Shown: piece by piece, positions 44,126-54,184 of the stretch
Numbering within the stretch: the stretch's first letter is position 1
Layout: the number at the start of each line of letters is the position of its first letter
NCBI RefSeq assembly: GCF_039969435.1
Contig: NZ_JBDVNU010000038.1
Location: forward strand, 86,071-150,070
Direction of reading: 5' to 3'
From: Ilumatobacter sp.
GTDB taxonomy: Bacteria > Actinomycetota > Acidimicrobiia > Acidimicrobiales > Ilumatobacteraceae
DNA length: 64,000 nt
Notes under the pieces: generated by a model
Database searches by the model: none
What the model was told of the DNA's origin: nothing
The model's input: the letters and a program-made list of their open reading frames with translations, nothing else
Made by a program: the position numbers and the translations under genes

Positions 44126-44944
44126 TCAGACGTCGCGGAGGCGGGCGATCACGCTCTGACTCGCGGTGGCCAGCAGCGTGCCGTCCTCGGCGAACATGTG
44201 GACCAGGCCGTGGCCGAATCCGCGCTCGACGGCATGGATGCGGATGTCCATCAGAACCCAGTCGGTCGGCACCATCCGGCCGACCCGCAGCGTGTTGTCG
44301 AGGCTGTTCCCACCACCACGCCGTCCGAGCGCCTGACCGACCCCCATCGGCACGAAATCGCCGAGGATCGCCAGCGTGACGGCGTCGACGTCGGCGATCA
44401 CCTCGGGAATCCGCGCCCACATCAGCGTCTGGCCGTCTCCCTGCACCACGTCCTTCGGCCGCGTGGCGAGGTCGTCCCACTCCACGCCCTTGACCATCCG
44501 CTGGTCGAGTTGTGCGGTGATGGTCCCCTCACCGTCGGTCGAGGTCGGTCTGCGCGGCAACGAGAGCGGTGCGGGGAGATCGACCGGCATCGACTCCCAC
44601 TGACCGCTCGCCTCGAAGTCACGGTCACCGAGGGCTGCGTTCACCGTGAGGATCTCGCGATCGGCGACGTGGCACACCGCTCGGGCCTGCGTGATCGAGC
44701 GGCCGTCGACGGCGATCGTGACGTCGATGTCCACCACGTCGCCGAGCTGCGTGTAGGACAGGTACTGAGCGGTCGCCCACACGCATCGTCGCCCCGACGT
44801 GCCTTCGAGAGCCGAGATCGCCGCGGCGAGGCCGCACCCGCCGAACATGAACCCTTCGTTCACCGAGATCTTGCGCGTCACCGGCAGCTTCCAGCGAAAG
44901 CGGTTGTGCGTCGATTCGAGTCCGAGAAAGCTTCGCGAGTCCAT
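44126..44944 (-). CDS. tesB: Acyl-CoA thioesterase II
   Basis: ATG at 44944 (MDSRSFLGLE...); double hot-dog TesB pattern (VNEGFMFGGCGLAAA..., LDNTLRVGRMVPTDWVLMDIRIHAVERGFGHG). The upstream 125 codons of the ORF are low-complexity and rejected. Confidence 0.75.
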   Translation of the reverse strand: MDSRSFLGLESTHNRFRWKLPVTRKISVNEGFMFGGCGLAAAISALEGTSGRRCVWATAQYLSYTQLGDVVDIDVTIAVDGRSITQARAVCHVADREILTVNAALGDRDFEASGQWESMPVDLPAPLSLPRRPTSTDGEGTITAQLDQRMVKGVEWDDLATRPKDVVQGDGQTLMWARIPEVIADVDAVTLAILGDFVPMGVGQALGRRGGGNSLDNTLRVGRMVPTDWVLMDIRIHAVERGFGHGLVHMFAEDGTLLATASQSVIARLRDV

Positions 44945-45008
44945 GGCGGGTTCGATCGTAGAGCGCGCCGGTCGCGAGCACCGGCGCGATGTTCTGTACG
45001 GTCCGACC

Positions 45009-46412
45009 ATGACGACAGACACCTGGCAGGGCGATGCGGTCGGACTCGTGGAGGCCTTCCGCTCGGGCGAGCGGTCACCGATCGAGGAACTCGACGCGGC
45101 ATACGAAGCGATCGACGCGAGCGACCTGAACGCCGTGTGCTTCACCGATCGTGACGCAGCACGCGCCGACGCCGTTGCGGCCGACGTGTCCAAGCCGTTC
45201 GGTGGCGTGCCGATCGGGGTGAAATCACTCAACGAGGTCGAAGGATGGCCCAACGACGAGGCATCGGTTCCGCTGAAGGACCACGTCGGGAAGATCACCA
45301 CCACGCAGGTCGACCGCATCCGTCGCCTCGGCGGGGCGGTCCTCGCGGCTCAGTGCACGTCCAGCGAGTTCGGTGGTGTCAACCTCACGCGCACGGTGCT
45401 CCACGGCGCCACACACAATCCCTGGCAACACGGGCGCACGCCGGGCGGGTCGTCGGGCGGATCGGCGTCCGTGGTCGCAGGTGGCCTGCTGCCGATCGCC
45501 ACCGGTGGCGATGGCGGAGGCTCGATCCGGATTCCGTGTGGGTTCACCGGGCTCGTCGGCCTGAAGGCGACGTTCGGACGCATCCCCCTCGGTCCGAACA
45601 CGCAGTACGGGAACCTCACCGTGACGACGGGCTGCATGGCTCGCTCGGTCCGTGACACCGCTCGCTGGTTCGACGTGTGCAACGGCCACGACCCGACCGA
45701 CCCGCTGAGTCTTCCCCGGGTCGAAGGCTGGGAGCGCGGCCTCGGCTCCCACGGAGACGCGTTGCGCGGAGCACGGGTCGCCGTCGTCCCGGACTGGGGC
45801 GGAGCGGTGGTGTCGCCGGTGATGTGGGAACTCCTGGAGGAGGCGGCGACACAGCTGATCGCCGACGTCTCGATGACCCGCACCGATGACGTCGACACCC
45901 ACGTCCCGCGGATGGGTGGAGCCTGGTCGATCTCGGGGATGATCGAGATCCGGGCCGCCCTCGGCGACCTCTACCCCGACTGCGCCGACGACCTCACCCC
46001 CGAGATGAAGTTCGGACTCGCGTCGACCGACGGCAAGTACAGCGAGGAGGGTCGGGCTCGGATCGAGCGTCGGCGGACCGAGGTCAATCAAGCGATGGCG
46101 AAGATCTTCGACCCGGTCGACGGTGTCGACTTCGTCATCACGGCGTCCAACCCCGACGTGGCCTTCGACGCGAACGGCCCGTTGGCCTCGGTGTTCGGCG
46201 GGATCGAGGCCGGGATGGGCAACAACGGCCAACTCACCTTCCCGGCGAACCTCCACGGCAACCCGGCGATCTCGGTTCCCGCGGGTCAGCTCGACGGCCT
46301 CCCGATCGGACTGCAGATCGTCGGTCGCCACTTCAGCGAACCGCTGCTGCTCGACCTGGCTCGCACGATGGAGCAGAACCGACCCTGGCCTCTGACGAGC
46401 CTGACCACCTGA
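45009..46412 (+). CDS. Amidase-signature family amidase
   Basis: ATG 45009 (MTTDTWQGD...); AS signature GGSSGGSASVVAGGLLPIATGGDGGGSIRIPCGFTGLVGLKATFGRIP. Confidence 0.85.
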   Translation: MTTDTWQGDAVGLVEAFRSGERSPIEELDAAYEAIDASDLNAVCFTDRDAARADAVAADVSKPFGGVPIGVKSLNEVEGWPNDEASVPLKDHVGKITTTQVDRIRRLGGAVLAAQCTSSEFGGVNLTRTVLHGATHNPWQHGRTPGGSSGGSASVVAGGLLPIATGGDGGGSIRIPCGFTGLVGLKATFGRIPLGPNTQYGNLTVTTGCMARSVRDTARWFDVCNGHDPTDPLSLPRVEGWERGLGSHGDALRGARVAVVPDWGGAVVSPVMWELLEEAATQLIADVSMTRTDDVDTHVPRMGGAWSISGMIEIRAALGDLYPDCADDLTPEMKFGLASTDGKYSEEGRARIERRRTEVNQAMAKIFDPVDGVDFVITASNPDVAFDANGPLASVFGGIEAGMGNNGQLTFPANLHGNPAISVPAGQLDGLPIGLQIVGRHFSEPLLLDLARTMEQNRPWPLTSLTT

Positions 46413-46476
46413 CCGGTTGCTGCTGCTCACGCGACCGACGACGACCATGACGGTCCGAACGTCTCGATGACTTACG

Positions 46477-48030
46477 GTGTCGGGCATGAAGGTCGCACTC
46501 ACCGTCACTGACTTCATCCGCCGGGCCGAACTCGTCTACCCCGACCGCGTCGCCGTCGTCGACGAGCCCGACCAACCCGCAGAGTCCTGGGGGTCGATCG
46601 ACTATCGCGAGATGGCGCGACGCGCGAGAGCGATCGCCGCGGGCCTCGACGAACTGGGCATCGGCGTCGGCGAACGGGTCGCCATGGTCAGCCACAACTC
46701 GGCCCGACTGCTCACCGCCCTGTTCGGAGTGTCGGGGTCGGGGCGCGTCCTGGTGCCGATCAACTTCCGACTCGTCGCCGCCGAGGTGAAGTACATCGTC
46801 GAGCACTCCGGAGCCCGACTGCTGCTCGTCGATCCCGAACTCGCCGATGCGCTCGCCGACGTCGAGTGCGAGCGCACGATGATCATCGGAGCGGAGTCCG
46901 ACGCGGTCCTCATGAAGTTCGACACCGAGCCCGTCGGATGGGAGCCCGACGAGGACGCCACCGCCACGATCAACTACACGTCGGGGACGACGGCACGGCC
47001 GAAGGGTGTGCAGCTGACGCACCGCAACCTGTGGATCAACGCAACCACGTTCGGGTGGCACATGGGCGTGTCGGACCGTGACGTGTATCTGCACACACTG
47101 CCCCAGTTCCACTGCAACGGCTGGGGGATGCTGTACGCCGTCAGCGCCATGGGTGGCCGGCACGTCATCATCCGCAAGATCGACGGTCACGAGATCCTGC
47201 GGCGCGTCGAGGAGCACGGCGTCACCCTGATCTGCGGGGCACCGGCGGTCCTCAACGCGGTCCTCGATGCCGCTGCCGAACTGGCTGCCGACGGCAGGCC
47301 GATCCCCGGCAGCGGGACGATGCGCATCGTCGTCGCCGGCGCTCCCCCACCGACGAAGACGATCGAACGGACCGAGACCGAACTCGGGTGGGAGTTCGTC
47401 CAGATCTACGGTCTCACCGAGACGGCGCCGCTCATCACGATCAACCGCAACCGGGTCGAGTACGACGACCTGACCCCGCACGAACGGGCCCAGAAGCTGA
47501 GTCGCGCCGGCGCTCCGAGCTTCGGCACGACGATGGCCGTCGACGCCGAGGGCGAGATCATGGCGCGCAGCAACACGATCATGGCCGGCTACTGGGAACA
47601 GCCCGACCAGACCGATGCGGCCATCCGTGACGGTTTCTTCCACACCGGCGACGGCGGGACGATCGACGACGACCACTACGTCGTGATCTCGGACCGCAAG
47701 AAGGACGTGATCATCTCCGGTGGCGAGAACGTGTCGTCGATCGAGGTGGAGGATGCGATCTTCCAGCACCCCGACGTGACCGAGGTCGCGGTGATCGGGA
47801 TCCCCGACGAGAAGTGGGGCGAACTGGTCACTGCGCTCGTCGTCACCGCTCCGGGCAGCGACCTCGACGAGGCGACACTGATCGCCCACACGCGAGGTCT
47901 CCTCGCCGGCTACAAGTGCCCGAAGAAGATCGAGTTCCGCGACGAACTGGCCAGGACTGCAACGGGCAAGCTGCAGAAGTTCAAGCTCCGTGAACCCTTC
48001 TGGCACGGCGCAGAGAAGCAGATCAACTGA
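46477..48030 (+). CDS. Acyl-CoA synthetase / AMP-dependent ligase (FadD family)
   Basis: 517 aa; AMP-binding motif INYTSGTTARPKGV; C-terminal GYKCPKKIEFRDELARTATGKLQK. Confidence 0.85.
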   Translation: MSGMKVALTVTDFIRRAELVYPDRVAVVDEPDQPAESWGSIDYREMARRARAIAAGLDELGIGVGERVAMVSHNSARLLTALFGVSGSGRVLVPINFRLVAAEVKYIVEHSGARLLLVDPELADALADVECERTMIIGAESDAVLMKFDTEPVGWEPDEDATATINYTSGTTARPKGVQLTHRNLWINATTFGWHMGVSDRDVYLHTLPQFHCNGWGMLYAVSAMGGRHVIIRKIDGHEILRRVEEHGVTLICGAPAVLNAVLDAAAELAADGRPIPGSGTMRIVVAGAPPPTKTIERTETELGWEFVQIYGLTETAPLITINRNRVEYDDLTPHERAQKLSRAGAPSFGTTMAVDAEGEIMARSNTIMAGYWEQPDQTDAAIRDGFFHTGDGGTIDDDHYVVISDRKKDVIISGGENVSSIEVEDAIFQHPDVTEVAVIGIPDEKWGELVTALVVTAPGSDLDEATLIAHTRGLLAGYKCPKKIEFRDELARTATGKLQKFKLREPFWHGAEKQIN

Positions 48031-48081
48031 GCCGCTGAGCGTCAGGGGAACCGCCCCGCACGGCGAAGCGTCAGATCACGC

Positions 48082-49056
48082 ATGCCTGTACGAACCGCGA
48101 CAACGATCGCGATCCTCCTCGCCTCGGCAGCTGCCTGCGGCACGTCAGCGGCCTCGCCATCCGCCACGCCTCCGGCCACCGGCGTCGCTGCGAGCACCCC
48201 GAGCTCGATCCCGCAGGAGCCCGACGAGCAACCAGCGACGACCGGCGCAGCCGCATCCATCATCGGGCCCGTGTGGTGGCTGTCTGCGGCAAGTATCGAC
48301 GGCGTCGAAGTCCCTCCGAAGGAATCGATCTTTCGACGCGCCCGCTTCCAGTTCGTCGACGACTTCGGTTGCCATCACGGCGAGTGCCGCGACGGGTTGA
48401 CCCTGGTGGGCAACGACGCGTGCAACGACTTCTCCAGCGACGTCGTCATCGAGGCATCCACCGTCACACTCGGCACCAACGGAGAATCCACGTCGGGGGC
48501 CTGCGACGACGACCTGACCCAGGCGTTCAGACAGGTCCTCACCGGATCGTTCGATGTCGACATCGACGGCGGCGGCGAACTGGTGGCCACGTCCGCCGAC
48601 GATGCCATCGCACTGCGATTCGAACTCGTGGACGACCCGTTCGGGCCGACCGACCAGGACATCGTCGTCAGTGGCCGGGTCGGCGAGGTCGTCTACCGCA
48701 TCGCGTGGGAGGGCACCGATCCAGCGGGCGGGCAAGGCGGCGTCCTCGAAGCGCTCGACACGTCGATCACTGCGTTCCAACGCAACGCCAGCGGCATCGG
48801 AATCGGCCCCGACTCTCCACTCGACGCCAACCTTCGAGCCGTCGATTCAGGAGCGCTGCTCTACGGAGTCGCCCACGGCGAGGCCGCCCGGGTCGAGTAC
48901 GAGTCCGGTGATCAGGCGCCGACCGAGTTGATGCTGATCGAGGCGCCAGGCGGGACCGCGTGGGTGTTCGCCGACGTCGTCGAAAACAGCGATGACCCAT
49001 GGTCCGTCGTCAGCTACGACGCCGCCGGAGACGAACTCGCTCGCCTCGACCGCTGA
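48082..49056 (+). CDS. Hypothetical lipoprotein (possible META/HslJ-like domain)
   Basis: Signal peptide plus lipobox LLASAAAC; Cys-rich globular region (FVDDFGCHHGECRDG...GNDACNDF). Confidence 0.55.
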   Translation: MPVRTATTIAILLASAAACGTSAASPSATPPATGVAASTPSSIPQEPDEQPATTGAAASIIGPVWWLSAASIDGVEVPPKESIFRRARFQFVDDFGCHHGECRDGLTLVGNDACNDFSSDVVIEASTVTLGTNGESTSGACDDDLTQAFRQVLTGSFDVDIDGGGELVATSADDAIALRFELVDDPFGPTDQDIVVSGRVGEVVYRIAWEGTDPAGGQGGVLEALDTSITAFQRNASGIGIGPDSPLDANLRAVDSGALLYGVAHGEAARVEYESGDQAPTELMLIEAPGGTAWVFADVVENSDDPWSVVSYDAAGDELARLDR

Positions 49057-49075
49057 GCGCCGGCTCAGTGCATCC

Positions 49076-50338
49076 TCACTCGAGCGTCGCGTAGGTGGTC
49101 GAGCGGTCGTCGGTGGTCGTGCCGCCGATCTCGCCAATGCAGGCGTCGAGATCGGTGAGGTAGTCGTCGATCACTCCGGTGTTGGTGTTCGACACGGTGG
49201 AGTGGAGGTTGTCGGGAGGCGTCTGGCGATCGTGATACCAACCACGCTGCAGCAGTGCGTCCCCCAGTGCGAACATGTCGAGCCCGCTGTCGGGCTCGGC
49301 GGCCATCGCGACGAGGTGGAACTGCCCGTTGCCGAGGACCCGGACCCCGTCGATCGCCATGATCCCGGCCCGCATCCGGTCGGCGTTGATCAGGGTCTGG
49401 CGGGTCAGTTCGACGTAGCCGTCGATCCCGAGGTGTTGCATCACCGCCCACGCACACGCCATCGGCAGACCCGACCGGGTGCCCTGCATGTTGGGCGACG
49501 CGTAGAACCCACCGAGCCAACCGTCGAAGACGAAGGTCTGGTACTGACGTGATGCCTTGGACCGGTGCAGGATCACCGACACCCCCTTGGGTGCGTAGCC
49601 GAGCTTGTGGATGTCCGCCGAGATGGTGGTGACGCCCGGGACCCGGAAGTCCCACGGCTCGACCTCACGACCCAGACGCTCGGCGAACGGCAGGACGAAC
49701 CCACCCATGCATGCATCGACATGGCAGTTCGCGTCGACCGACATGGCGATCTGAGCGATGGCAGCGATGTCGTCCTGCACCCCCTGCGGATACTGCGGCG
49801 CCGACCCGACGACGAGGACCGTGTCGGCGTTCACCGTCGTCTCCATGGCCTCGACGTCGGCGGTGTAGTCCTCGCGTACCGGAGCGGTTCGGACGGTGAG
49901 ACCGAAGTTGTGCGCAGCTTTGTGGAAGGCGGCGTGAGCGGTCTCGGGCAGCACCATCTCGGGTTCGGTGACGCCGCGTTCGACGGCTCCCCGCTCGCGA
50001 GCTGCGAGCACCGCACAGAGGATCGACTCGGTGCCACCGCTCGTGAGGAATCCCGACGCCGCACCCTCGTCGAGGAGTTCTCCGTGCAGCAGCGACGACG
50101 TCCACCCGACGACTTCGCGCTGGATCGCCGCGAGTGACGGGAACGCCTGGGTGTTCAGTGCGTTCTCGTGCAGGTAGAGCCGTGCTGCCTGCTCGGCGAC
50201 CTCGTGGACCGACGGCCCTCCGTCGTAGACCATGCCGAAGGTCTTGCCATCGGCCCACTTCACGTCGTTCGCTTGCTTCTCGGTCAGGTCGGCGATGACC
50301 TCGTCGACCGGCCGCCCCTGTGTGCCCAGCTCCGTCAT
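49076..50338 (-). CDS. PLP-dependent decarboxylase (group II; sphingosine-1-phosphate lyase / glutamate decarboxylase-like)
   Basis: 420 aa; fold-type I PLP motifs (TSGGTESILCAVLAARE...; Lys region SADIHKLGYAPKG). Confidence 0.75.
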   Translation of the reverse strand: MTELGTQGRPVDEVIADLTEKQANDVKWADGKTFGMVYDGGPSVHEVAEQAARLYLHENALNTQAFPSLAAIQREVVGWTSSLLHGELLDEGAASGFLTSGGTESILCAVLAARERGAVERGVTEPEMVLPETAHAAFHKAAHNFGLTVRTAPVREDYTADVEAMETTVNADTVLVVGSAPQYPQGVQDDIAAIAQIAMSVDANCHVDACMGGFVLPFAERLGREVEPWDFRVPGVTTISADIHKLGYAPKGVSVILHRSKASRQYQTFVFDGWLGGFYASPNMQGTRSGLPMACAWAVMQHLGIDGYVELTRQTLINADRMRAGIMAIDGVRVLGNGQFHLVAMAAEPDSGLDMFALGDALLQRGWYHDRQTPPDNLHSTVSNTNTGVIDDYLTDLDACIGEIGGTTTDDRSTTYATLE

Positions 50339-50417
50339 CGGTCGATCCTCTCACACGACGTGACTTCCGAACCCTCCGAGCGAAGAGCGAGGAGACGCTC
50401 CTCTCGGCGCAGGAGCG

Positions 50418-51998
50418 TCAGCCGGCGACGAAGCCACCGGCTGCGAACGCGTCGTTCATGATCCGCTCGAGCGCCGTCGACTCGCCCGGGAACTGACCCG
50501 CCACGGTGATCGCCCAGATCACCCCGTCTCCTCGGTTCAGGACCATCGCGTGGGTCGACTCGATCGTCCCGGTGTGGCCGTAGCGGTCGTCGCCGTAGGA
50601 GATCACCCCGAGGCCGTAGCCCTGCTGACCGAGCGTTCCGCCCGGCGGGATGAGCATCGCCAGGACCGTCTCCACACTCAACGGCTTGAACCCACCGGAA
50701 TCGACGTCGAGGGAGTCGAAGATCGTGACGAGGTCGGTCGGCGTCGCCACCCAGGCGCCGGCACCACCGAGGGTCTCCATGTAGTTCCGACCCGGCGTGG
50801 TGACGTGCTGGATCTCGTCGGGGCCGGGGTCGAAGGTCGGGGCGAGTCGCATCCCGGTGATCCCCAGTGGCGTGAGGAGATATCGGTACACGGCCTGCTC
50901 GTAGTCGAGGCCGGTGACCGCCTCGATGGCGAGGCCGGCGACGCAGAAGTTCATGTTGCTGTAGACGTAGCCGCCACCGCCACCGCCGACGCCGCTCGAC
51001 AGCCCGGCCCGAGCGGCGTCGATGCAGTCGGCCGCCCCGCCGCGGAAGAACGTCCCGTCGTACTTCCCGAAGCCGCTGCGATGCGTCAGCAACTGCCGCA
51101 GGGTGAGGTTCGCCGACGCGCCGTTCGCCTCGGCGAGCCCGACGTGACGGGCGATCGCATCGCCGAGTGGATCGTCGAGTCCGATGACGCCGTCCTCCAC
51201 GAGGGCCATCACGGTGATCGCCGTGATCGGCTTGGAGATCGACGCGATGCGGAACCGGTCCTGGGGCTCTGCCCGATCACCGGTGATCGGGTCGCGCACG
51301 CCGAACGCAGCGCTGTGGACCACGTCACCGTCGATCGACACCGCCACCGATGCGGCGGTGTTGCCGGGGCGGATCAGGATCGATTCGAGAAAGCGATCGA
51401 CGCCCGACCAACCCGAGACGGCGGGAGCCTGGGCCTCGTCGACCGCGTCACCCGCCGCACCGCCGGCGTCGTCGACCACCGGCGTGGTCGGCTCCCCGCC
51501 GATACCGGCATCGTCGGTTGGGAACCGAGCCACGTCGACGTCGAGCACGACATCGGGCCCGAGGTCGAACGATGGTTCCTCGGTGTCGCCCTCCTCCTCG
51601 TCGACCTCCTCCTCGTCGCCCGCCGCAGGCGCGCCGACGTCTCCCGTGCCCTCCTCGACCGACTCGACTCCGACGCTGCCGTCCCCGACCGTGGCGTCGT
51701 CCGTCGTCGCATCCGGCGCCGAACCGGTCGATCGTGCGTCACCCGCACTCGCACTGTCCGCTCCTTCGTCGTCGAGCGCCACGTCGGCGTCCGTCGGCAT
51801 CGACTCGACTCCGCTCCGGGAGCCACCGCCTGTGCCGTCGCGAACACCGTCGTCGTCCGACGACGGTGTTCGATCGCTCCCGCCATCGGGAATCGACGAC
51901 ACAGGTCGAGACACGGTGTCGTCGGCACGCCCGGCGGCGCACGACGCAGCCGACACTCCGGCGGTGAGCGCGAGGGCGAGTGCGATCCGTCGTCTCAT
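50418..51998 (-). CDS. Serine hydrolase (beta-lactamase/PBP-like transpeptidase fold) with acidic low-complexity N-terminal region
   Basis: SxxK motif (RIASISKPITAI), YSN motif (VYSNMNF), C-terminal HTG (YGHTGT); N-terminal signal peptide; about 170-aa D/E/G-rich linker. Confidence 0.75.
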   Translation of the reverse strand: MRRRIALALALTAGVSAASCAAGRADDTVSRPVSSIPDGGSDRTPSSDDDGVRDGTGGGSRSGVESMPTDADVALDDEGADSASAGDARSTGSAPDATTDDATVGDGSVGVESVEEGTGDVGAPAAGDEEEVDEEEGDTEEPSFDLGPDVVLDVDVARFPTDDAGIGGEPTTPVVDDAGGAAGDAVDEAQAPAVSGWSGVDRFLESILIRPGNTAASVAVSIDGDVVHSAAFGVRDPITGDRAEPQDRFRIASISKPITAITVMALVEDGVIGLDDPLGDAIARHVGLAEANGASANLTLRQLLTHRSGFGKYDGTFFRGGAADCIDAARAGLSSGVGGGGGGYVYSNMNFCVAGLAIEAVTGLDYEQAVYRYLLTPLGITGMRLAPTFDPGPDEIQHVTTPGRNYMETLGGAGAWVATPTDLVTIFDSLDVDSGGFKPLSVETVLAMLIPPGGTLGQQGYGLGVISYGDDRYGHTGTIESTHAMVLNRGDGVIWAITVAGQFPGESTALERIMNDAFAAGGFVAG

Positions 51999-52127
51999 CG
52001 GATGTCCATGATGACCCCCGACGGTGCCTCCCGTGCGGCACCCCGTGCGAATGCGCCCACATCACGGCCGGCATCGCGGCCGGGTCCGACGACGGAGACC
52101 TCGGCCGTGTTCCACCGCGAGCACGGT

Positions 52128-53030
52128 TCACCCGGTGGTGGGGAGCTCCTGCTCGATCGTGAGGACGGGGGCGAAGAGGTCGCCCAGGGCGGCCAAGCGT
52201 TCGAGGACGTCGGCGGACTCGAAGACGAGCGCGAGCCGCCCGGACGCACATGCATCGACCTCGTCCCAGGTCACCGGGGTGGACACCGTCGGACGGTCTC
52301 GTGCCCGCAACGAGTACGGCGCGATCGTCGTCTTGTGGTGGGCGTTCTGACTCCAGTCGACGAACACCTTCCCCGGTCGCTCGACCTTCGCCATCACCGT
52401 GGTCACCCGTCCGACGAGTTGACGCTCGAGCACCTGGCCGACGGCGAGTGCGAAGTCTGCGGCGCCCTGATGGGTCGCCGTCGGCGTGTTCAGCGGGACG
52501 TACATCTGCAGCCCCTTCGAGCCGGACGTCTTGCACCATCCCCTCAGCCCGACCGCGTCGAGAACGCTCTGCGCCGCGAGCGCCACCTGGCAGCACTCGA
52601 CCACGGACGCCTGGGGTCCGGGGTCGAAGTCGAACACCAACGTGCGCGGCGTGTCGAGATCGGATGCATACGCCATCGGCGCGTGCAGTTCGAGTGCGGC
52701 CAGGTTGGCCGCCCATGCCATCGTGGCGGTGTCCTCGACCCGGCAGTACTCGATCCCGCCGCGTCGATCTCCGGGCCCCAGGGACACCGGCACCCAGTCG
52801 GGTCGGTGTCGATTGCACCGCTTCTCGAAGAAGCCGTCGCGGTCGGACCCGTCGGGAAACCTGCGGAACGTGATGCACCGGTGGGCCAGGTGATTCGTGG
52901 CCACCGGTGCGATCCGCACGAAGTAGTCGATCACCTCGGCCTTGGTGAAGCCCGACGGGTAGAGCACCTTGTCGAGGTTCGTCAGCGTGACCTGACGCCC
53001 CTCGACCTCGATGACGGTCGGCGGACTCAC
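52128..53030 (-). CDS. Stand-alone LigD-type polymerase/primase domain (NHEJ PolDom)
   Basis: GTG at 53030 overlaps the Ku stop (GTGA). Archaeo-eukaryotic primase-like LigD-Pol motifs (VFDFDPG, KTSGSKGLQMYVPL, VDWSQNAHHKTTIAPYSLRA). The upstream 86 codons of the ORF are the antisense shadow of Ku's AKKT repeats. Confidence 0.8.
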   Translation of the reverse strand: MSPPTVIEVEGRQVTLTNLDKVLYPSGFTKAEVIDYFVRIAPVATNHLAHRCITFRRFPDGSDRDGFFEKRCNRHRPDWVPVSLGPGDRRGGIEYCRVEDTATMAWAANLAALELHAPMAYASDLDTPRTLVFDFDPGPQASVVECCQVALAAQSVLDAVGLRGWCKTSGSKGLQMYVPLNTPTATHQGAADFALAVGQVLERQLVGRVTTVMAKVERPGKVFVDWSQNAHHKTTIAPYSLRARDRPTVSTPVTWDEVDACASGRLALVFESADVLERLAALGDLFAPVLTIEQELPTTG

Positions 53031-54106
53031 GCCGACTTCTTCACCGCCGACTTCTTCGCCGCAGTCTTCTTCGCCGCAGTCTTCTTCGCCGTGGTCTTCT
53101 TGGAGGTGGTCTTCCTCGCCGCGGTCTTCTTCGCCGCAGTCTTCTTCGCTGCGGCCTTCCCGGCGGTGGACTTCTTCGCTGCCGCCTTCTTCTGTGCAGT
53201 CGTCGTCGCCGTCGACTTCGTCGCCGCTGACGAGCCGGGTTCGGACGCCTCCTCCTCGTCGGAGCCGGCGCGGTCCTTTGCTCCCCACTTGGCGGCCGCA
53301 GCGCGACGCGCCGGGTGGTTCTCACGAGAGGCCTTGGCCGCGGCGACGCTCGCTTCCAGCGCCGCCATGATGTCGATCACCTTCGGCGCCTCGGCGGCCG
53401 CCGCCGGGGCGACCATCTCCTCGCCGTCACGCTTCATCTCGATCAGTGTCATGACCTGCTCGTAGTACTCGTCGTGGTACTTCCACGGCTCGAAGTCGGC
53501 GCTGAGCGACTCGACCAGCGACTCGGCCATCAGCACTTCCTTGTCGCTCACCTCGATGTCGGCCAGCTCCGCGATCGCCTCGATCTCGGCGGGGTCGACC
53601 ACTTCGTCGGCATAGGCCAGCGACGACATCACCAGCCTCCCCTCCTCTGCCCGGATCGCAGCCGTGTACTGCTTGTTGCGCATCACGTACCGGCCGATGC
53701 CGACCTTGCCCGACGCCTCCATCGCGCGCGCGAGCAGGGCGTACGGCTTGGCGTTGACGTCGGGGGCCAGGTGGTAGGCGGTGTCGAAGTACACCGGGTC
53801 GATCTGATCGAGGTCGACGAACTCCTCGAGGTCGATCGTCTTGGTCGCCGCCGGCATGAACGGCTCGAGTTCGTCGGGGTCGATCACGATGTAGCTGCCC
53901 TTGGAGACCTCGTAGGCCTTGACGATGTGTTCGTCGGCCACCTCCTCGCCGGTCTCGCCGTTGACCTTGCGATAGCGGATGCGCGCCATGTTCCGCTCGT
54001 CGAGTTGGTTGAACGACACCGACTTCTTGCGGACCGCGTGGAAGAGCTTGACCGGGATCGCCACCAGGCCGAACGAGATCGTGCCACTCCAGACGGGTCG
54101 TGCCAT
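53027..54106 (-). CDS. ku: Ku protein (NHEJ) with C-terminal lysine-rich AKKT-repeat tail
   Basis: MARPVWSGTISFGLVAIPVKL... canonical bacterial Ku core; about 80-aa C-terminal tail of (A/T)AKK(T/S) repeats. Confidence 0.9.
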   Translation of the reverse strand: MARPVWSGTISFGLVAIPVKLFHAVRKKSVSFNQLDERNMARIRYRKVNGETGEEVADEHIVKAYEVSKGSYIVIDPDELEPFMPAATKTIDLEEFVDLDQIDPVYFDTAYHLAPDVNAKPYALLARAMEASGKVGIGRYVMRNKQYTAAIRAEEGRLVMSSLAYADEVVDPAEIEAIAELADIEVSDKEVLMAESLVESLSADFEPWKYHDEYYEQVMTLIEMKRDGEEMVAPAAAAEAPKVIDIMAALEASVAAAKASRENHPARRAAAAKWGAKDRAGSDEEEASEPGSSAATKSTATTTAQKKAAAKKSTAGKAAAKKTAAKKTAARKTTSKKTTAKKTAAKKTAAKKSAVKKSA

Positions 54107-54184
54107 GTCCAGACCTTACCGATCACGCCCACCTGCGACCGCGTCCCGCCGGCCTCCCGCGACCTCGACGTCGCTTCGAGACGG

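Noticed and set aside
44945-45319. 125-codon N-terminal extension of the tesB ORF
   Set aside because: Ser/Ala/Thr-rich low-complexity region that overlaps the divergent amidase gene's 5' end; TesB homology begins at ATG 44944.
52980-53320. 15-bp coding tandem repeats (cgccgcagtcttctt-like) as a noncoding repeat element
   Set aside because: They are the codons of Ku's Lys-rich AAKKT tail, a known feature of actinobacterial Ku, not an independent element.
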